64,000 nt of DNA, from contig JAJRWI010000004.1 of assembly GCA_024276825.1 (NCBI GenBank), positions 1 to 64,000 on the forward strand. The letters run 5' to 3'. Both the position numbers and the translations under genes were made by a program. This DNA is from an archaeon (GTDB taxonomy: Archaea > Asgardarchaeota > Thorarchaeia > Thorarchaeales > Thorarchaeaceae). Shown in pieces: positions 1 through 9,557 of this stretch (position 1 is the stretch's first letter; the number at the start of each line of letters is the position of its first letter). A model generated the notes under the pieces. That model had not been told where the DNA came from. It saw only the letters and a program-made list of their open reading frames with translations, and searched no databases.

Positions 1-335
1 ATCTCTGGTCTGATCCTATTGATACTGATACTCCTCGAATGCAGAGTCCCGCTGAGCGTAAGAAGATTGAGCGGTATGTCAATTGCATTCTATGTGCACT
101 CTGCTATGGGTCTTGCCCTGTGAATGCAGAACATGAAGAATATGTTGGACCTGCAGCCTTGGCCAAATCTTGGAGGTTCGCTCAGGACTCTAGAGTCCCC
201 AATCCTTCGAGATATAACGAAGAAGCAAAGAAACCGAATGGGGCTCCCATGTGCGATCTCATAATGAATTGTGTACGTGTCTGTCCAAAGGGTGTTGCTC
301 CAGGCGGAGCAATTCGAAAGATCAAGAATTTGTGA
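1..335 (+). CDS. sdhB: Succinate dehydrogenase/fumarate reductase iron-sulfur subunit, C-terminal part (5'-truncated by window)
   Basis: CILCALCYGSCP, GPAAL and CDLIMNCVRVCPKG ferredoxin motifs typical of SdhB/FrdB. Confidence 0.85.
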   Translation, partial: LWSDPIDTDTPRMQSPAERKKIERYVNCILCALCYGSCPVNAEHEEYVGPAALAKSWRFAQDSRVPNPSRYNEEAKKPNGAPMCDLIMNCVRVCPKGVAPGGAIRKIKNL

Positions 336-452
336 GAAATCTTGCAATTCATTCATAATTATTGAAAGATGACCAATATAGGCCAAATTCCCCCTCTAAT
401 CGAGATTAATCAGATTTGACATATCTTTTCTAATTTCGGCAATGATATTAGG

Positions 453-3212
453 ATGATTGAGCTTCATCTCAGACCTTGTGCATTTGCAAAGGAGAATGTG
501 TCCAGCATGAAGTTGGGAAGATTACTTCTTGTTGCTATGTTTGCCAGCATTATGCTTTTGCCTGCTGTCATGGTGGGGTTTGTACTAAGCACTCCTCTTC
601 AACCTGCTCAGGCGAATGAGCCTGCGAATGTTGCAGTGGTTGGTTCAACAAGAGCTCCTGCAGTCTTATCTGCCCTTCAGCTCGATGAAAGCTCAATCTC
701 TTTAACAATCTTAGGTTCTATTTCTGATGCACTTGGCGTGGCAAATGTTGAAACGATTATCATAGTTGACACTCAATTGAGTTCAACTGAAATTGCATCA
801 CTCTATACTTTTGTTAGTAATGGTGGTGGGCTGTTTATCTTTCTCGGTCCACAAATGACCACAAACGGCAGCGGTCTTCAAGGTCTAGGAGTGACGGTTT
901 CAGATGTTATGACCTCCTTTTCCAGCAAATGGGGTGCTGTGGTCAGGATGATGAACACGACCCATCCATTGATGACTTACGACTGGGCATCTGCACCGGT
1001 TTCCAAGAACATGACAATTCTCCCGCAACTGACCAGTCAGACACAAGTTCTCCTTGCAAATGACACAGGATTGGATGGTGGAGCTCCTGTTCTAACAGAC
1101 ACATCAATAGGTCTTGGACATATCATTGTTTTCACTCCTTGGGTCACGATGGACAATGTAGGTGATGTGGCTCAGACAAACAACGAACTCGTTCTATGGC
1201 CATATTTCAATTATTTTGTCTATTCGACCTCTCGCTATCTGTCCAGCAAGACCATCTATACATATGCTGAATGGTCATACTCACCTGTGCCCCATGAGCA
1301 ACAGCAGATCATCATCGGCATCATTGTTGGTGCCATTGCTGTTCTGACAGTACTAGCTTATCGTTCAATGAAGAAGAAGTCGAAGGAGCATGTTGAGATT
1401 CTCACAGAGATCGAACGTGCTGAACTTCTTGTTAAGATTGAAGAGAAAATTGATGATTGGGAAGACATTGGTCTCCACAGGCAGGTTGGCGGATTTCTCA
1501 TTCAATTGTTCATCACCCTACTCATTGTGATTCCCCGAGTTGTACTCAGTATTATGATTTATCCGCGATTCATCATGCCGTTTCCAACAGCAGCTGGATG
1601 GTACAGTTTCAGTGTAAACCTCTTCTTAGGCCTGTGGACGGTCTTCGATCTGGGGACCAGTGTTGCATTGGCCAAGTACTTTGCAGAGTACCGAGTGACA
1701 AAACCTGAAGAGGCAATCAAATACGCACAGATCTTTGTTTGGTTTCAATGCTTCACAGGGGTCGTTCAGATCAGTCTTGTGGCGTTCGTCGGATCTATTG
1801 TATTCCCCCACACATATCTTGCTCATCTTTCCTATGTATTCATTGCACACTCTCTGTTCCAGTTCCCTGGATTCACTCTGCTCTTTATTCATGTATTTAG
1901 GGGAATGAATAGAATTGACTATCAACAGATTGTGAACATTCTATACTATGCGGTGTTCAACATTGTTGCACCCTATGCCATGATTCTTATATTCAGATGG
2001 TGGGGCACTCAGAATCCAATCTTTGGAGAGGCTCTCGGTGGTGCGATCGGTCAAGCAGTGGGCATGTATTTCACTGAATGGCTGACGTTCGCAGTTTCAA
2101 TCTATCTGTTCAAGAAGCTCGGATTTAAACCCATGACACTGTTCAGAGTTGACTTTCGGTCGGAGCAGATAAAGAAGGCTCTCAAATTCGGTGCTAAATG
2201 GGCGTTTGGAGCAAGTATTGTGCCCATCGTGTGGACCTATCAAATGATTCTTGTCAGCACGCATCTCCTTAACTGGTCAGCACTTCAAGGGCAATTCCAG
2301 CTCGCTTGGGATCTTGCTATCATGGTGAGTGTTGTCGGTCTGTTCATGGAGAGCATGCTTGGCGGAATCTCGGAGGCCCATTCGCATGTGAAGAAGCGTC
2401 TGACAGAACTTTATACCGTGGAGGGTCTCAAGTGGGGCGCCTTCTTTGTATTCTGGCTGGTGTCTTCTCTTGCAGCGGTTGGTCCTCGGGCAATCCTCGG
2501 TGCGGCAGGTTCAGACTGGGCATATGCAGCTGTTCTCTTCCAGTTCTTCCTGATATTCCAGATAATGGGCTTCTGGTCGTGGCTGGGTGATTGGGTGTTT
2601 GCAGGTGCTGAGAGAACGGGTCTCGCAGCAGGAGTCTGGATTCTGGAACAGTCCATCCGAGCAGTGGCCATGACGTATTTTGTTATCACCGCACCTGTTG
2701 TATTTGGAATCTATTTGGGCGGAATGCCTGGAATCATAATTGGCTATTGTGTGGGTCTCTTTGTGAAGAATATTGCAGTCTGGTACTTGATCAGAAAATA
2801 CATTGCGGCTCCCAAGTTCTATGTGTGGCAGACTTACATTGGTCCTGCTCTGGCAGCTGTTGTCAACTACATCTTGTTAGAGATGTTGTCACGCCTTCTC
2901 TGGGGTGGCATTGATGATATCGGCTCTTCTGCGCTACTATTCTTTATTGGTGTCTTGCCATCTCTCTACATTTACTCATTTGTGAGCGGACTGTCAGGAA
3001 CTTGGGACGATAACACATTGAATGAGTTCAAGAGAGCTTCAAGAATGGTCAGAATTCGTGGCCTTGGCTGGCTATCACGAAGGTTCTATGGCTCAGTAGC
3101 CCTAGGTGCCAGAATATCTCCCTTGCACAATAGATTCCCAATAGACATCTATGATGAGGCAATGCAAGAGGCCAAAGAACTGACCCTTGCCAAGAAACAA
3201 TTAGTGATCTAG
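453..3212 (+). CDS. Membrane protein: signal peptide, extracellular GATase-like domain and MOP/Wzx-type flippase-like multi-pass domain
   Basis: N-terminal hydrophobic leader, FVSNGGGLFIF motif, then many TM segments with FDLGTSVALAKYFAEYR flippase-like motif. Confidence 0.6.
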   Translation: MIELHLRPCAFAKENVSSMKLGRLLLVAMFASIMLLPAVMVGFVLSTPLQPAQANEPANVAVVGSTRAPAVLSALQLDESSISLTILGSISDALGVANVETIIIVDTQLSSTEIASLYTFVSNGGGLFIFLGPQMTTNGSGLQGLGVTVSDVMTSFSSKWGAVVRMMNTTHPLMTYDWASAPVSKNMTILPQLTSQTQVLLANDTGLDGGAPVLTDTSIGLGHIIVFTPWVTMDNVGDVAQTNNELVLWPYFNYFVYSTSRYLSSKTIYTYAEWSYSPVPHEQQQIIIGIIVGAIAVLTVLAYRSMKKKSKEHVEILTEIERAELLVKIEEKIDDWEDIGLHRQVGGFLIQLFITLLIVIPRVVLSIMIYPRFIMPFPTAAGWYSFSVNLFLGLWTVFDLGTSVALAKYFAEYRVTKPEEAIKYAQIFVWFQCFTGVVQISLVAFVGSIVFPHTYLAHLSYVFIAHSLFQFPGFTLLFIHVFRGMNRIDYQQIVNILYYAVFNIVAPYAMILIFRWWGTQNPIFGEALGGAIGQAVGMYFTEWLTFAVSIYLFKKLGFKPMTLFRVDFRSEQIKKALKFGAKWAFGASIVPIVWTYQMILVSTHLLNWSALQGQFQLAWDLAIMVSVVGLFMESMLGGISEAHSHVKKRLTELYTVEGLKWGAFFVFWLVSSLAAVGPRAILGAAGSDWAYAAVLFQFFLIFQIMGFWSWLGDWVFAGAERTGLAAGVWILEQSIRAVAMTYFVITAPVVFGIYLGGMPGIIIGYCVGLFVKNIAVWYLIRKYIAAPKFYVWQTYIGPALAAVVNYILLEMLSRLLWGGIDDIGSSALLFFIGVLPSLYIYSFVSGLSGTWDDNTLNEFKRASRMVRIRGLGWLSRRFYGSVALGARISPLHNRFPIDIYDEAMQEAKELTLAKKQLVI

Positions 3213-3245
3213 AGTGGGGACATCCCACTCTTTATTTCTTTTTCT
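3211..3245. terminator. Hairpin plus T-tract between convergent genes
   Basis: AGAGTGGG-gacat-CCCACTCT followed by T-rich run. Confidence 0.55.
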
Positions 3246-3262
3246 AAGAATAAGAAAGGATT

Positions 3263-3511
3263 TTACATCTCCATGTCGCCAACAACTTCCTCGCCACCCT
3301 GCTGGGCCTCAGCGAGTTCGTCAGCCATTCTAATCCTGACAAGTCTGACTAAATACCCTGCTATGCGGTTACGTGCCTTCTTTGCCTTCACATCAGTGTA
3401 TTGTTCCACCAATCTCTTGTTTGTTTCAAAGTCTGTGGTAAACTCATCTGGATAGTGGTGTAGCAGGGCCTTTGCTGCCTTCTTGATGTGTCTCTGTCTA
3501 ATACTTCCCAA
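3263..3511 (-). CDS. rps17e: 30S ribosomal protein S17e
   Basis: MGSIRQRHIKK...FTTDFETNKRLV...RNRIAGY signature. Confidence 0.95.
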   Translation of the reverse strand: MGSIRQRHIKKAAKALLHHYPDEFTTDFETNKRLVEQYTDVKAKKARNRIAGYLVRLVRIRMADELAEAQQGGEEVVGDMEM

Positions 3512-3591
3512 TTCAAATTCACCGCATTTTAGTCAGTCAACAAGGATTGCCCAAGACTTTGTTTATAAACAATATGGTGCATACTGTCTGA

Positions 3592-4195
3592 TTATGGATC
3601 ATATGGACCTTTTATCAGTTTCTTGATCAGTCTGAGAAGAAACGAAATCTCATTATTGGTCAAGTGTTCTAATGACTTCTCCAACTGTGTTAATGCTTCT
3701 GATTTGAAGGCGGTATATACCGTTCATTGTAAGTTGGACATTCTTGGACATCAGAGTCCAGTCCTTCCTGGAACGGCACAGGACTGCTTTTCTCCTGTAT
3801 ATGTCACACAATTTAAGCTCCTACATTTTTCAAGGGTTCTATCAAACATTTATTTGAAGAGTGTCCAAGTTTGTCCCATTTCTCAGCATCTGTGCACAAC
3901 CCTTCTTCCTCTTACAGTCATCTTAATTAAGATTCGCTGTCTGTCATCCTTCCACTTACTTCGAATGACATATTTCCTATCAACTAGCCTATCAACAAGA
4001 CCAGCGGCTGTGCTTGGGGGCATTGAAAATGTAGCAGTAATATCTTTCATTGAACAGCTTTCAGACTCAAATATTAGATTAAGAATCATGAATTCTTTAC
4101 GAGTAATCTTTGGAGATCCCAAAATGCCACTTTACCTTGCTTAACCGTCTAAGTGACTCGACAAGCTCATAAGTGAGTTCCTGGCGGGACTTCAT
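3592..4195 (-). pseudogene. MarR-family regulator pseudogene (paralog of 15765-16187)
   Basis: MKSRQELTYELVESLRRLSKVKW, then +1 frameshift near 4125, ...MTVRGRRV / 180-bp insertion / YTAFKSEALTQLEKSLEHLTNNEI; collinear with the intact copy. Confidence 0.9.
3720..3901 (-). mobile_element. Non-autonomous mini-element, copy A (GG-bounded)
   Basis: Removing 180 bp restores the MarR codons AGG GTA TAT; ends GGTTGTGCACAGATGC...TTACAATGAACGG; homologous to copies B and C. Confidence 0.85.
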
Positions 4196-4262
4196 TTCAT
4201 CTCATTATTCCTCTCTCGTTGAATGATATAGACCTATCGCATGGATATATTTCTATGTCGAA

Positions 4263-4280
4263 TATTTCGTATACGAAATA
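4263..4280. promoter_or_regulatory. Candidate MarR operator (pseudogene copy)
   Basis: Perfect palindrome TATTTCGTATACGAAATA; equivalent to 15665-15682. Confidence 0.6.
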
Positions 4281-4310
4281 ACAATATATGGGTTGATGGG
4301 GGTCTTGACC

Positions 4311-4406
4311 ATGAGCGTTCTATTGACTGGAGCATTTGGAAATGTGCGCGAGAGTGCAGTTCTCCCTTTTCTTAAAAGCGAACAAGAACTGGTGTGTTTT
4401 GACTTG
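4311..4406 (+). pseudogene. 5' fragment of NAD-dependent epimerase/SDR (paralog of 14653-15639)
   Basis: MSVLLTGAFGNVRESAVLPFLKSEQELVCFD vs MRVLLTGAFGNVGESAVISFLGSEHQLRCFD; similarity stops after ~32 codons. Confidence 0.85.
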
Positions 4407-4419
4407 CTTGTGAGTTATG

Positions 4420-4491
4420 TCCTCTCTCAATCACCCCCTCTAATGACTTTGCCAATTTATCAAAGCTGAAATCATTGGGGCCATCTGACAT
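4420..4491 (-). pseudogene. Truncated N-terminus of an unknown gene family (copy 1)
   Basis: GGTGA RBS then MSDGPNDFSFDKLAKSLEGVIERG; matches 12990-13060. Confidence 0.6.
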
Positions 4492-4559
4492 GGCAATCAC
4501 CAACGAAACAATCTAAATTCTCAGTGGTTAACAAACATACATTGGTATTTTCAGGTTTT

Positions 4560-5828
4560 CTATTGATTAGGCGTTTTCGGAATGACTACTTGGAGTTTAT
4601 CCAATATTTCCCTGCTGAATCTTCGTGCGTCTTCTGAACTCATTTGCTTCAGAAGATGCGCGTAATAGATTGAATCTAGCACTTCAGGCCTCTCAATTAC
4701 AATTGATCTGGTTTTCATACTGACAAGTCCTAACATGATGGTGCCTACTAGTTTAAGTACAATCGCAAAAACGAGTCCGCCAGCTATTGAGAGAATTATC
4801 CCTCCACAGAATAGAACAAGAATAATTGCCAGAGTTGCAGACCAGTATGTGCGAAGCCCCCTCTTCAAATCCTTAATGACAAGGAATACAGTCAAACTCA
4901 AAATAATTGCCAACAAGAATGAGAGAGTGATTATTAGATTGAGATCTGTTGTAGGTAGCGACCCATATGTTGAATATCCATAGTCCATAAACGCACTAGT
5001 GATGAGAAGTATTATTGTCTTGGCCCACATTACAGAGGTTTCACGATTGAATACTTGTATCTCAAGTCTGGAATTGGGCATTCGTGATAAATCTGCAAAT
5101 GGCCATCTCAGGATATTGTGTCCCACAAGATGGGCACGAACCGCAACTATCTGTCCTTCCAATCGAATAAAACTAGGATGAAACCTACGTACGCACTCGC
5201 GACCAAGCCCAATAAAACATAACCCATGAATCATTGCAATTACAAAAGACGCGCCAAGAATCAAGATGTAGATTTGGCTGGCACCTTCTGGAAATAGGTC
5301 TAGTCCCCAGACAATCGTTGATTCAAGAATTATTCCCAGTCCAATCGATAGTAAGAGCCATATTGACAAACTCAACATCAGCCAGATTCCCAGACTACGA
5401 GGTCTATCTCTGAGTAGCCAATACATTGGTAGATCAATTGTCATTATTATTAGGGTGCCTATGAATAGTGAGATTGGTACCAGGATATAGCCAGTCAGGA
5501 TGAAAACAAGTCCCCCTTGCAGAGAAACAAATGCACTAAGAAGACTATTCCAAGGGTTTCCAGATAGAGTGATTCCTGTAGAACTATTTTGAAATGAGGC
5601 AACCATAATAGATGTGGAAGCCGCAAGAAGAGCAAGGCGAATCGCAATCAGCACTCTCCCTTTGGCTTCTCCAATGAGTGAAAGCAGTGTCTTCAGTCTC
5701 GGAATGCCAATATGAGAAATGATGAAACCAGTTGTCGGCTGCGGCAATGGAATATCATGTTCATTCATTACATCTTCGAGTTGATCAATGATTGTTTCTT
5801 GTTCAAACTGACTTGCCGAGTCCATCAT
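4560..5828 (-). CDS. Multi-pass membrane protein, possible immunity partner of the upstream secreted protein
   Basis: 422 aa, about 9-10 hydrophobic segments, 16 bp downstream of 5845-6975. Confidence 0.55.
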   Translation of the reverse strand: MMDSASQFEQETIIDQLEDVMNEHDIPLPQPTTGFIISHIGIPRLKTLLSLIGEAKGRVLIAIRLALLAASTSIMVASFQNSSTGITLSGNPWNSLLSAFVSLQGGLVFILTGYILVPISLFIGTLIIMTIDLPMYWLLRDRPRSLGIWLMLSLSIWLLLSIGLGIILESTIVWGLDLFPEGASQIYILILGASFVIAMIHGLCFIGLGRECVRRFHPSFIRLEGQIVAVRAHLVGHNILRWPFADLSRMPNSRLEIQVFNRETSVMWAKTIILLITSAFMDYGYSTYGSLPTTDLNLIITLSFLLAIILSLTVFLVIKDLKRGLRTYWSATLAIILVLFCGGIILSIAGGLVFAIVLKLVGTIMLGLVSMKTRSIVIERPEVLDSIYYAHLLKQMSSEDARRFSREILDKLQVVIPKTPNQ

Positions 5829-5844
5829 CTCTCACCATGTTGAT

Positions 5845-6975
5845 TTACATTCCAACAAAGATTCTGCCATAGATACTATCTGAATCAGCCATGTCATTGA
5901 GCATATTGCTTACAAGACTCACCATTCCAATGATCATTATTATCAATGACACAAGTTTTGCAACACCCATCAGAACCGCTTCTGCTGAACTAAGTATTTG
6001 TACGTACCATGGAGCACATCTTATTATTGCGTAGACCACTGACCCCATTGTCGAGATTAGTTTTGATGCCACTGTCAATGGCGAGAGAGTCCCACTACAT
6101 GCACCACTCATGAATACTACAAAGCCTAGAAGGACAGACAAGAATTTCATTGCAGCGGCAAACACCACCATCGTAGATTGAGGACTGAGTGTCCCTCTCC
6201 ATATTGCAAAAGATGTAGATAATGCACTGACCATGAAAATTGCCGCATCAATGCCAAACCATGCCTTTTCTGTGGCTGACCAATATAGATTGTCAGCTTC
6301 AGCCATGCCACCATTTAGCTCTTGAACTCGTTCATATGCACTGATTAGCGTTTGTCTTGAGTCAGTGAGAAGCCATGCAACAAACAAGCCCTCAAGTTTC
6401 GCATCAACAGGTCCATCAAATCCCAGAGCTTCTTCATAAGAGACAAAATCATTAACTTTTGCTGAGTCGTATGCTAAAATGATGTCACTTGATGGCGTAG
6501 TTCTAATCCTACTTGTAAACTCTTGCCATGACAAAATCTCATCGTTAGCAAGAATTCCCATTTCAGATCCATGTGACACCCAAGCAACATGACCCATTAC
6601 TCTATGAATGATCAATGCATAATCCAAAGCTCCATAATCCACAATGCGAAGTCTGCGTGCATTTTCCCTAATTGCCTGAACTGCATTGAGAACAGATTTA
6701 TCATTATGCATAACGACAACGACATCTGAGATTACTGGTGTTGACAACGGCATCAGCCATACCGGCGATATTGCCAATAGCGCAATTAGCAAGGAGCAAA
6801 TCTTCAACTTCTCATTACTGCATGAAAAAGACACTACACTAAATAGCGATCCACTCTTTTTCATACTGCCTAGTTTTTCCCCTTTATTCACGCGATACCT
6901 CTCCCAAGATTCGTTAGTTATAGATAATTTGAAAATAAATTTAGCGACTAATTTCTGAAAAAGATCTATTATCAT
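5845..6975 (-). CDS. Secreted protein with caspase-hemoglobinase-like domain and hydrophobic C-terminal domain (true start probably downstream)
   Basis: Signal-like segment, SHGS...IILAYDS...GFDGPVDA pattern, ~140 aa hydrophobic helical tail. Confidence 0.5.
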   Translation of the reverse strand: MIIDLFQKLVAKFIFKLSITNESWERYRVNKGEKLGSMKKSGSLFSVVSFSCSNEKLKICSLLIALLAISPVWLMPLSTPVISDVVVVMHNDKSVLNAVQAIRENARRLRIVDYGALDYALIIHRVMGHVAWVSHGSEMGILANDEILSWQEFTSRIRTTPSSDIILAYDSAKVNDFVSYEEALGFDGPVDAKLEGLFVAWLLTDSRQTLISAYERVQELNGGMAEADNLYWSATEKAWFGIDAAIFMVSALSTSFAIWRGTLSPQSTMVVFAAAMKFLSVLLGFVVFMSGACSGTLSPLTVASKLISTMGSVVYAIIRCAPWYVQILSSAEAVLMGVAKLVSLIIMIIGMVSLVSNMLNDMADSDSIYGRIFVGM

Positions 6976-7249
6976 CTGAACTGAATCTCACTCAATATCC
7001 TCAGATTCCGACTGACAGTCTTGAAAAACTTCTATAGTATCACTATTCTAGCTACACTTGCATGTTCATTGCGGGGATTACGTTATGGGCTCAATTGCAA
7101 GCTAAATAACAACAATCAAGACTCGCTCTTTAAGAAGCATTAATTAGCGAGAGCCCTTCATATTGATGTGAGTTGAAGAAAGCGCACCAACATGTCTTGA
7201 TACCACAAGGCTTCGTAGCAGTGAATGGCACTCAATCGAGGGATAGAAC

Positions 7250-9013
7250 TTGATGCTTTATGAAGAACTAGCACTTGCTTACGACAAAATAGAGAACACT
7301 TCTGGCACTCTTGATAAAATCGACATCTTGACAGAGGTATTTAGAAAAGCAGATGAATCTGATATTGCAAAGATCATTGCTCTAACAACCGGAAAACTGC
7401 ATCCAGACTGGAAGGGTGAGCCTGAATTGGGAATTGCTGAGAGAATGGCAATTCAGGCGGTTTCGACTTCTGCTCTTGTGTCTGAATCTGAGATAAACAA
7501 GCTACTCCAAAAACTTGGTGATATTGGAGCAGTAGCAGAAAAACTGCTGAGAGAATCCGGTCAGTCCACATTATTCGCTGAAGAATTGACAGTTGATTAT
7601 GTGTATGAGAAATTGAATGAGATTGCTAGTGTTTCTGGCTCTGGAAGCAGCAAGCAGAAGATAGCGCTTCTCTCTGGCTTATTGACCAATGCCTCTCCTA
7701 TTGAAGCCAGATACATTCTTCGCACAGTTACTTCGACTCTACGTCTTGGTCTTGGTGACATGGGCATTCTCGATGCACTTGCATTGGCATTTACAGGCAC
7801 TCGCGACAACCGTCCAATGATTGAGAGGGCATATAATATATGTAGTGACCTTGGTCGCATTGCGCGGGTCCTGGCCGAGAAGGGTCTTGAAGAGATAAAG
7901 AAGTTCAAGGTGGAGGTAGGTGTTCCCATAAGAATGATGGCTGCAAAGAAGCTCTCAAGCGCTAATGAGATTCTTAAAAAAGTGGGTGGCAGGTGTATCG
8001 TCGAGTACAAGTATGATGGAGAAAGACTGCAAATACACAAGAGTGATGATGATGTGATTTTATACTCAAGACGTCAAGAGCGAATAACTGATCAATACCC
8101 GGATGTTGTTGAATTAGTAAGAAGGCATGTAAAAGCCAAGTCTTGTGTGGCAGAGGCGGAATGTGTGGCCATAGACCCTGAAACTGGAACAATGCGGCCT
8201 TTTCAGGAACTTATGCGAAGACGTCGAAAAACAGACATTGAAGCAACAATGGACGAAGTGCCAGTTGCCTTGTTTTTCTTTGATATTCTCTTCCTCGATG
8301 GCGAAGACACTACTCAGAAGCCCATGCTTGAGAGAAGGGCTCTTCTTGAACAAATTATTGACACTTCTGATAGAGTTGGTCTGACCAAGGGGGAGGTGAC
8401 TGACGACCCGACTCGACTTGAGGAGATATTTCAGGATGCCATATCAACGGGACATGAGGGAGTCATTGCAAAGGCCATTCACAAGAATGCGATATATCAG
8501 GCAGGATCCAGAAGCTGGCTCTGGATCAAGCTGAAAGCGTCATACAAGGAGGGAATGACTGACTCAGTTGATCTCGTTATTGTTGGAGCATTTCATGGGC
8601 GCGGTAAGAGGGCAGGCGTCTATGGGACAATTCTTGCTGCTGCATATGATGACACAAATGATACATTTCCAACTGTCTGCAAAATTGGCACTGGTTTCAC
8701 GGATAATATGCTTGAAGATATGAAGAAACGTCTTGGGCCTCACATCATCGAGAGAAAGGATCCCAGTGTCATATCTGATATGAAGGCTGATGTATGGTTT
8801 CACCCTGTTGAGGTGATTGAGGTGCTTGGTGATGAGATCACTATCAGCCCGGTTCATCCTGCGGGAAGAGGTCGAATTCCAGGATTTGAGGGTGGCCTTG
8901 CTATAAGATTTCCAAGATTCACGGGTCGATGGCGAGATGACAAGGAGCCCACACAGGCAACTACTGTTGAGGACCTCATTGACATGTTTCTCAGCCAGAA
9001 ATCAAGGTCATAG
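7250..9013 (+). CDS. lig: ATP-dependent DNA ligase
   Basis: EYKYDGER adenylation motif, EGVIAK, WIKLK, RFPRF. Confidence 0.97.
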   Translation: MMLYEELALAYDKIENTSGTLDKIDILTEVFRKADESDIAKIIALTTGKLHPDWKGEPELGIAERMAIQAVSTSALVSESEINKLLQKLGDIGAVAEKLLRESGQSTLFAEELTVDYVYEKLNEIASVSGSGSSKQKIALLSGLLTNASPIEARYILRTVTSTLRLGLGDMGILDALALAFTGTRDNRPMIERAYNICSDLGRIARVLAEKGLEEIKKFKVEVGVPIRMMAAKKLSSANEILKKVGGRCIVEYKYDGERLQIHKSDDDVILYSRRQERITDQYPDVVELVRRHVKAKSCVAEAECVAIDPETGTMRPFQELMRRRRKTDIEATMDEVPVALFFFDILFLDGEDTTQKPMLERRALLEQIIDTSDRVGLTKGEVTDDPTRLEEIFQDAISTGHEGVIAKAIHKNAIYQAGSRSWLWIKLKASYKEGMTDSVDLVIVGAFHGRGKRAGVYGTILAAAYDDTNDTFPTVCKIGTGFTDNMLEDMKKRLGPHIIERKDPSVISDMKADVWFHPVEVIEVLGDEITISPVHPAGRGRIPGFEGGLAIRFPRFTGRWRDDKEPTQATTVEDLIDMFLSQKSRS

Positions 9014-9071
9014 TGTTTCCGACAATTTTAACACAAAGCGGATTCCCATCTGCTATAGCCCGGTGAGTCAT

Positions 9072-9557
9072 ATGCATAGTATTAGAATCGCAGATCCTAA
9101 GGCGCACTTCAGTGTGGCCCATTTTGTCTGGAGCTCTGGAAAACTGGAGCCTCTCCACGGTCATAATTACACAGTTAGTATCGAAATATATGGGACTCTT
9201 AATGACTTTGGCATGGTCATGGACTTTAGGACAGTCAAGGAACAACTTCGCAGAGTGTGCAAGGTCCTAGATCATAAGATTCTACTCCCAGGTGAATCAA
9301 CAATAATCAGACTTAGAGATCTTGATGATGCAATTGAGATCAGGGCAGAGAATAAGCGATATTTGTTTCCAAAGGAGGACTGCCTGATTCTTCCAATTAC
9401 TGCATCCACCGCGGAGCTTATTTCTGAGTTCATTGCCGGGCAATTGGACATTCCTGAAGCATTTAGACTCAAAGTGTGTGTGAGCGAATCGCAGGGAATG
9501 GAAGGCTGCTTTGAGAGAGAAAATAAAAAACAACGAGGCGAAACTATTGGTCATTGA
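9072..9557 (+). CDS. 6-pyruvoyl-tetrahydropterin synthase/QueD-like protein
   Basis: FSVAHF, LHGHNY, MDF, LDHK motifs; start placed at ATG 9072. Confidence 0.85.
   Translation: MHSIRIADPKAHFSVAHFVWSSGKLEPLHGHNYTVSIEIYGTLNDFGMVMDFRTVKEQLRRVCKVLDHKILLPGESTIIRLRDLDDAIEIRAENKRYLFPKEDCLILPITASTAELISEFIAGQLDIPEAFRLKVCVSESQGMEGCFERENKKQRGETIGH

Noticed and set aside
3623-4144. 173-aa plus-strand ORF
   Set aside because: Antisense shadow of the MarR pseudogene and element A.
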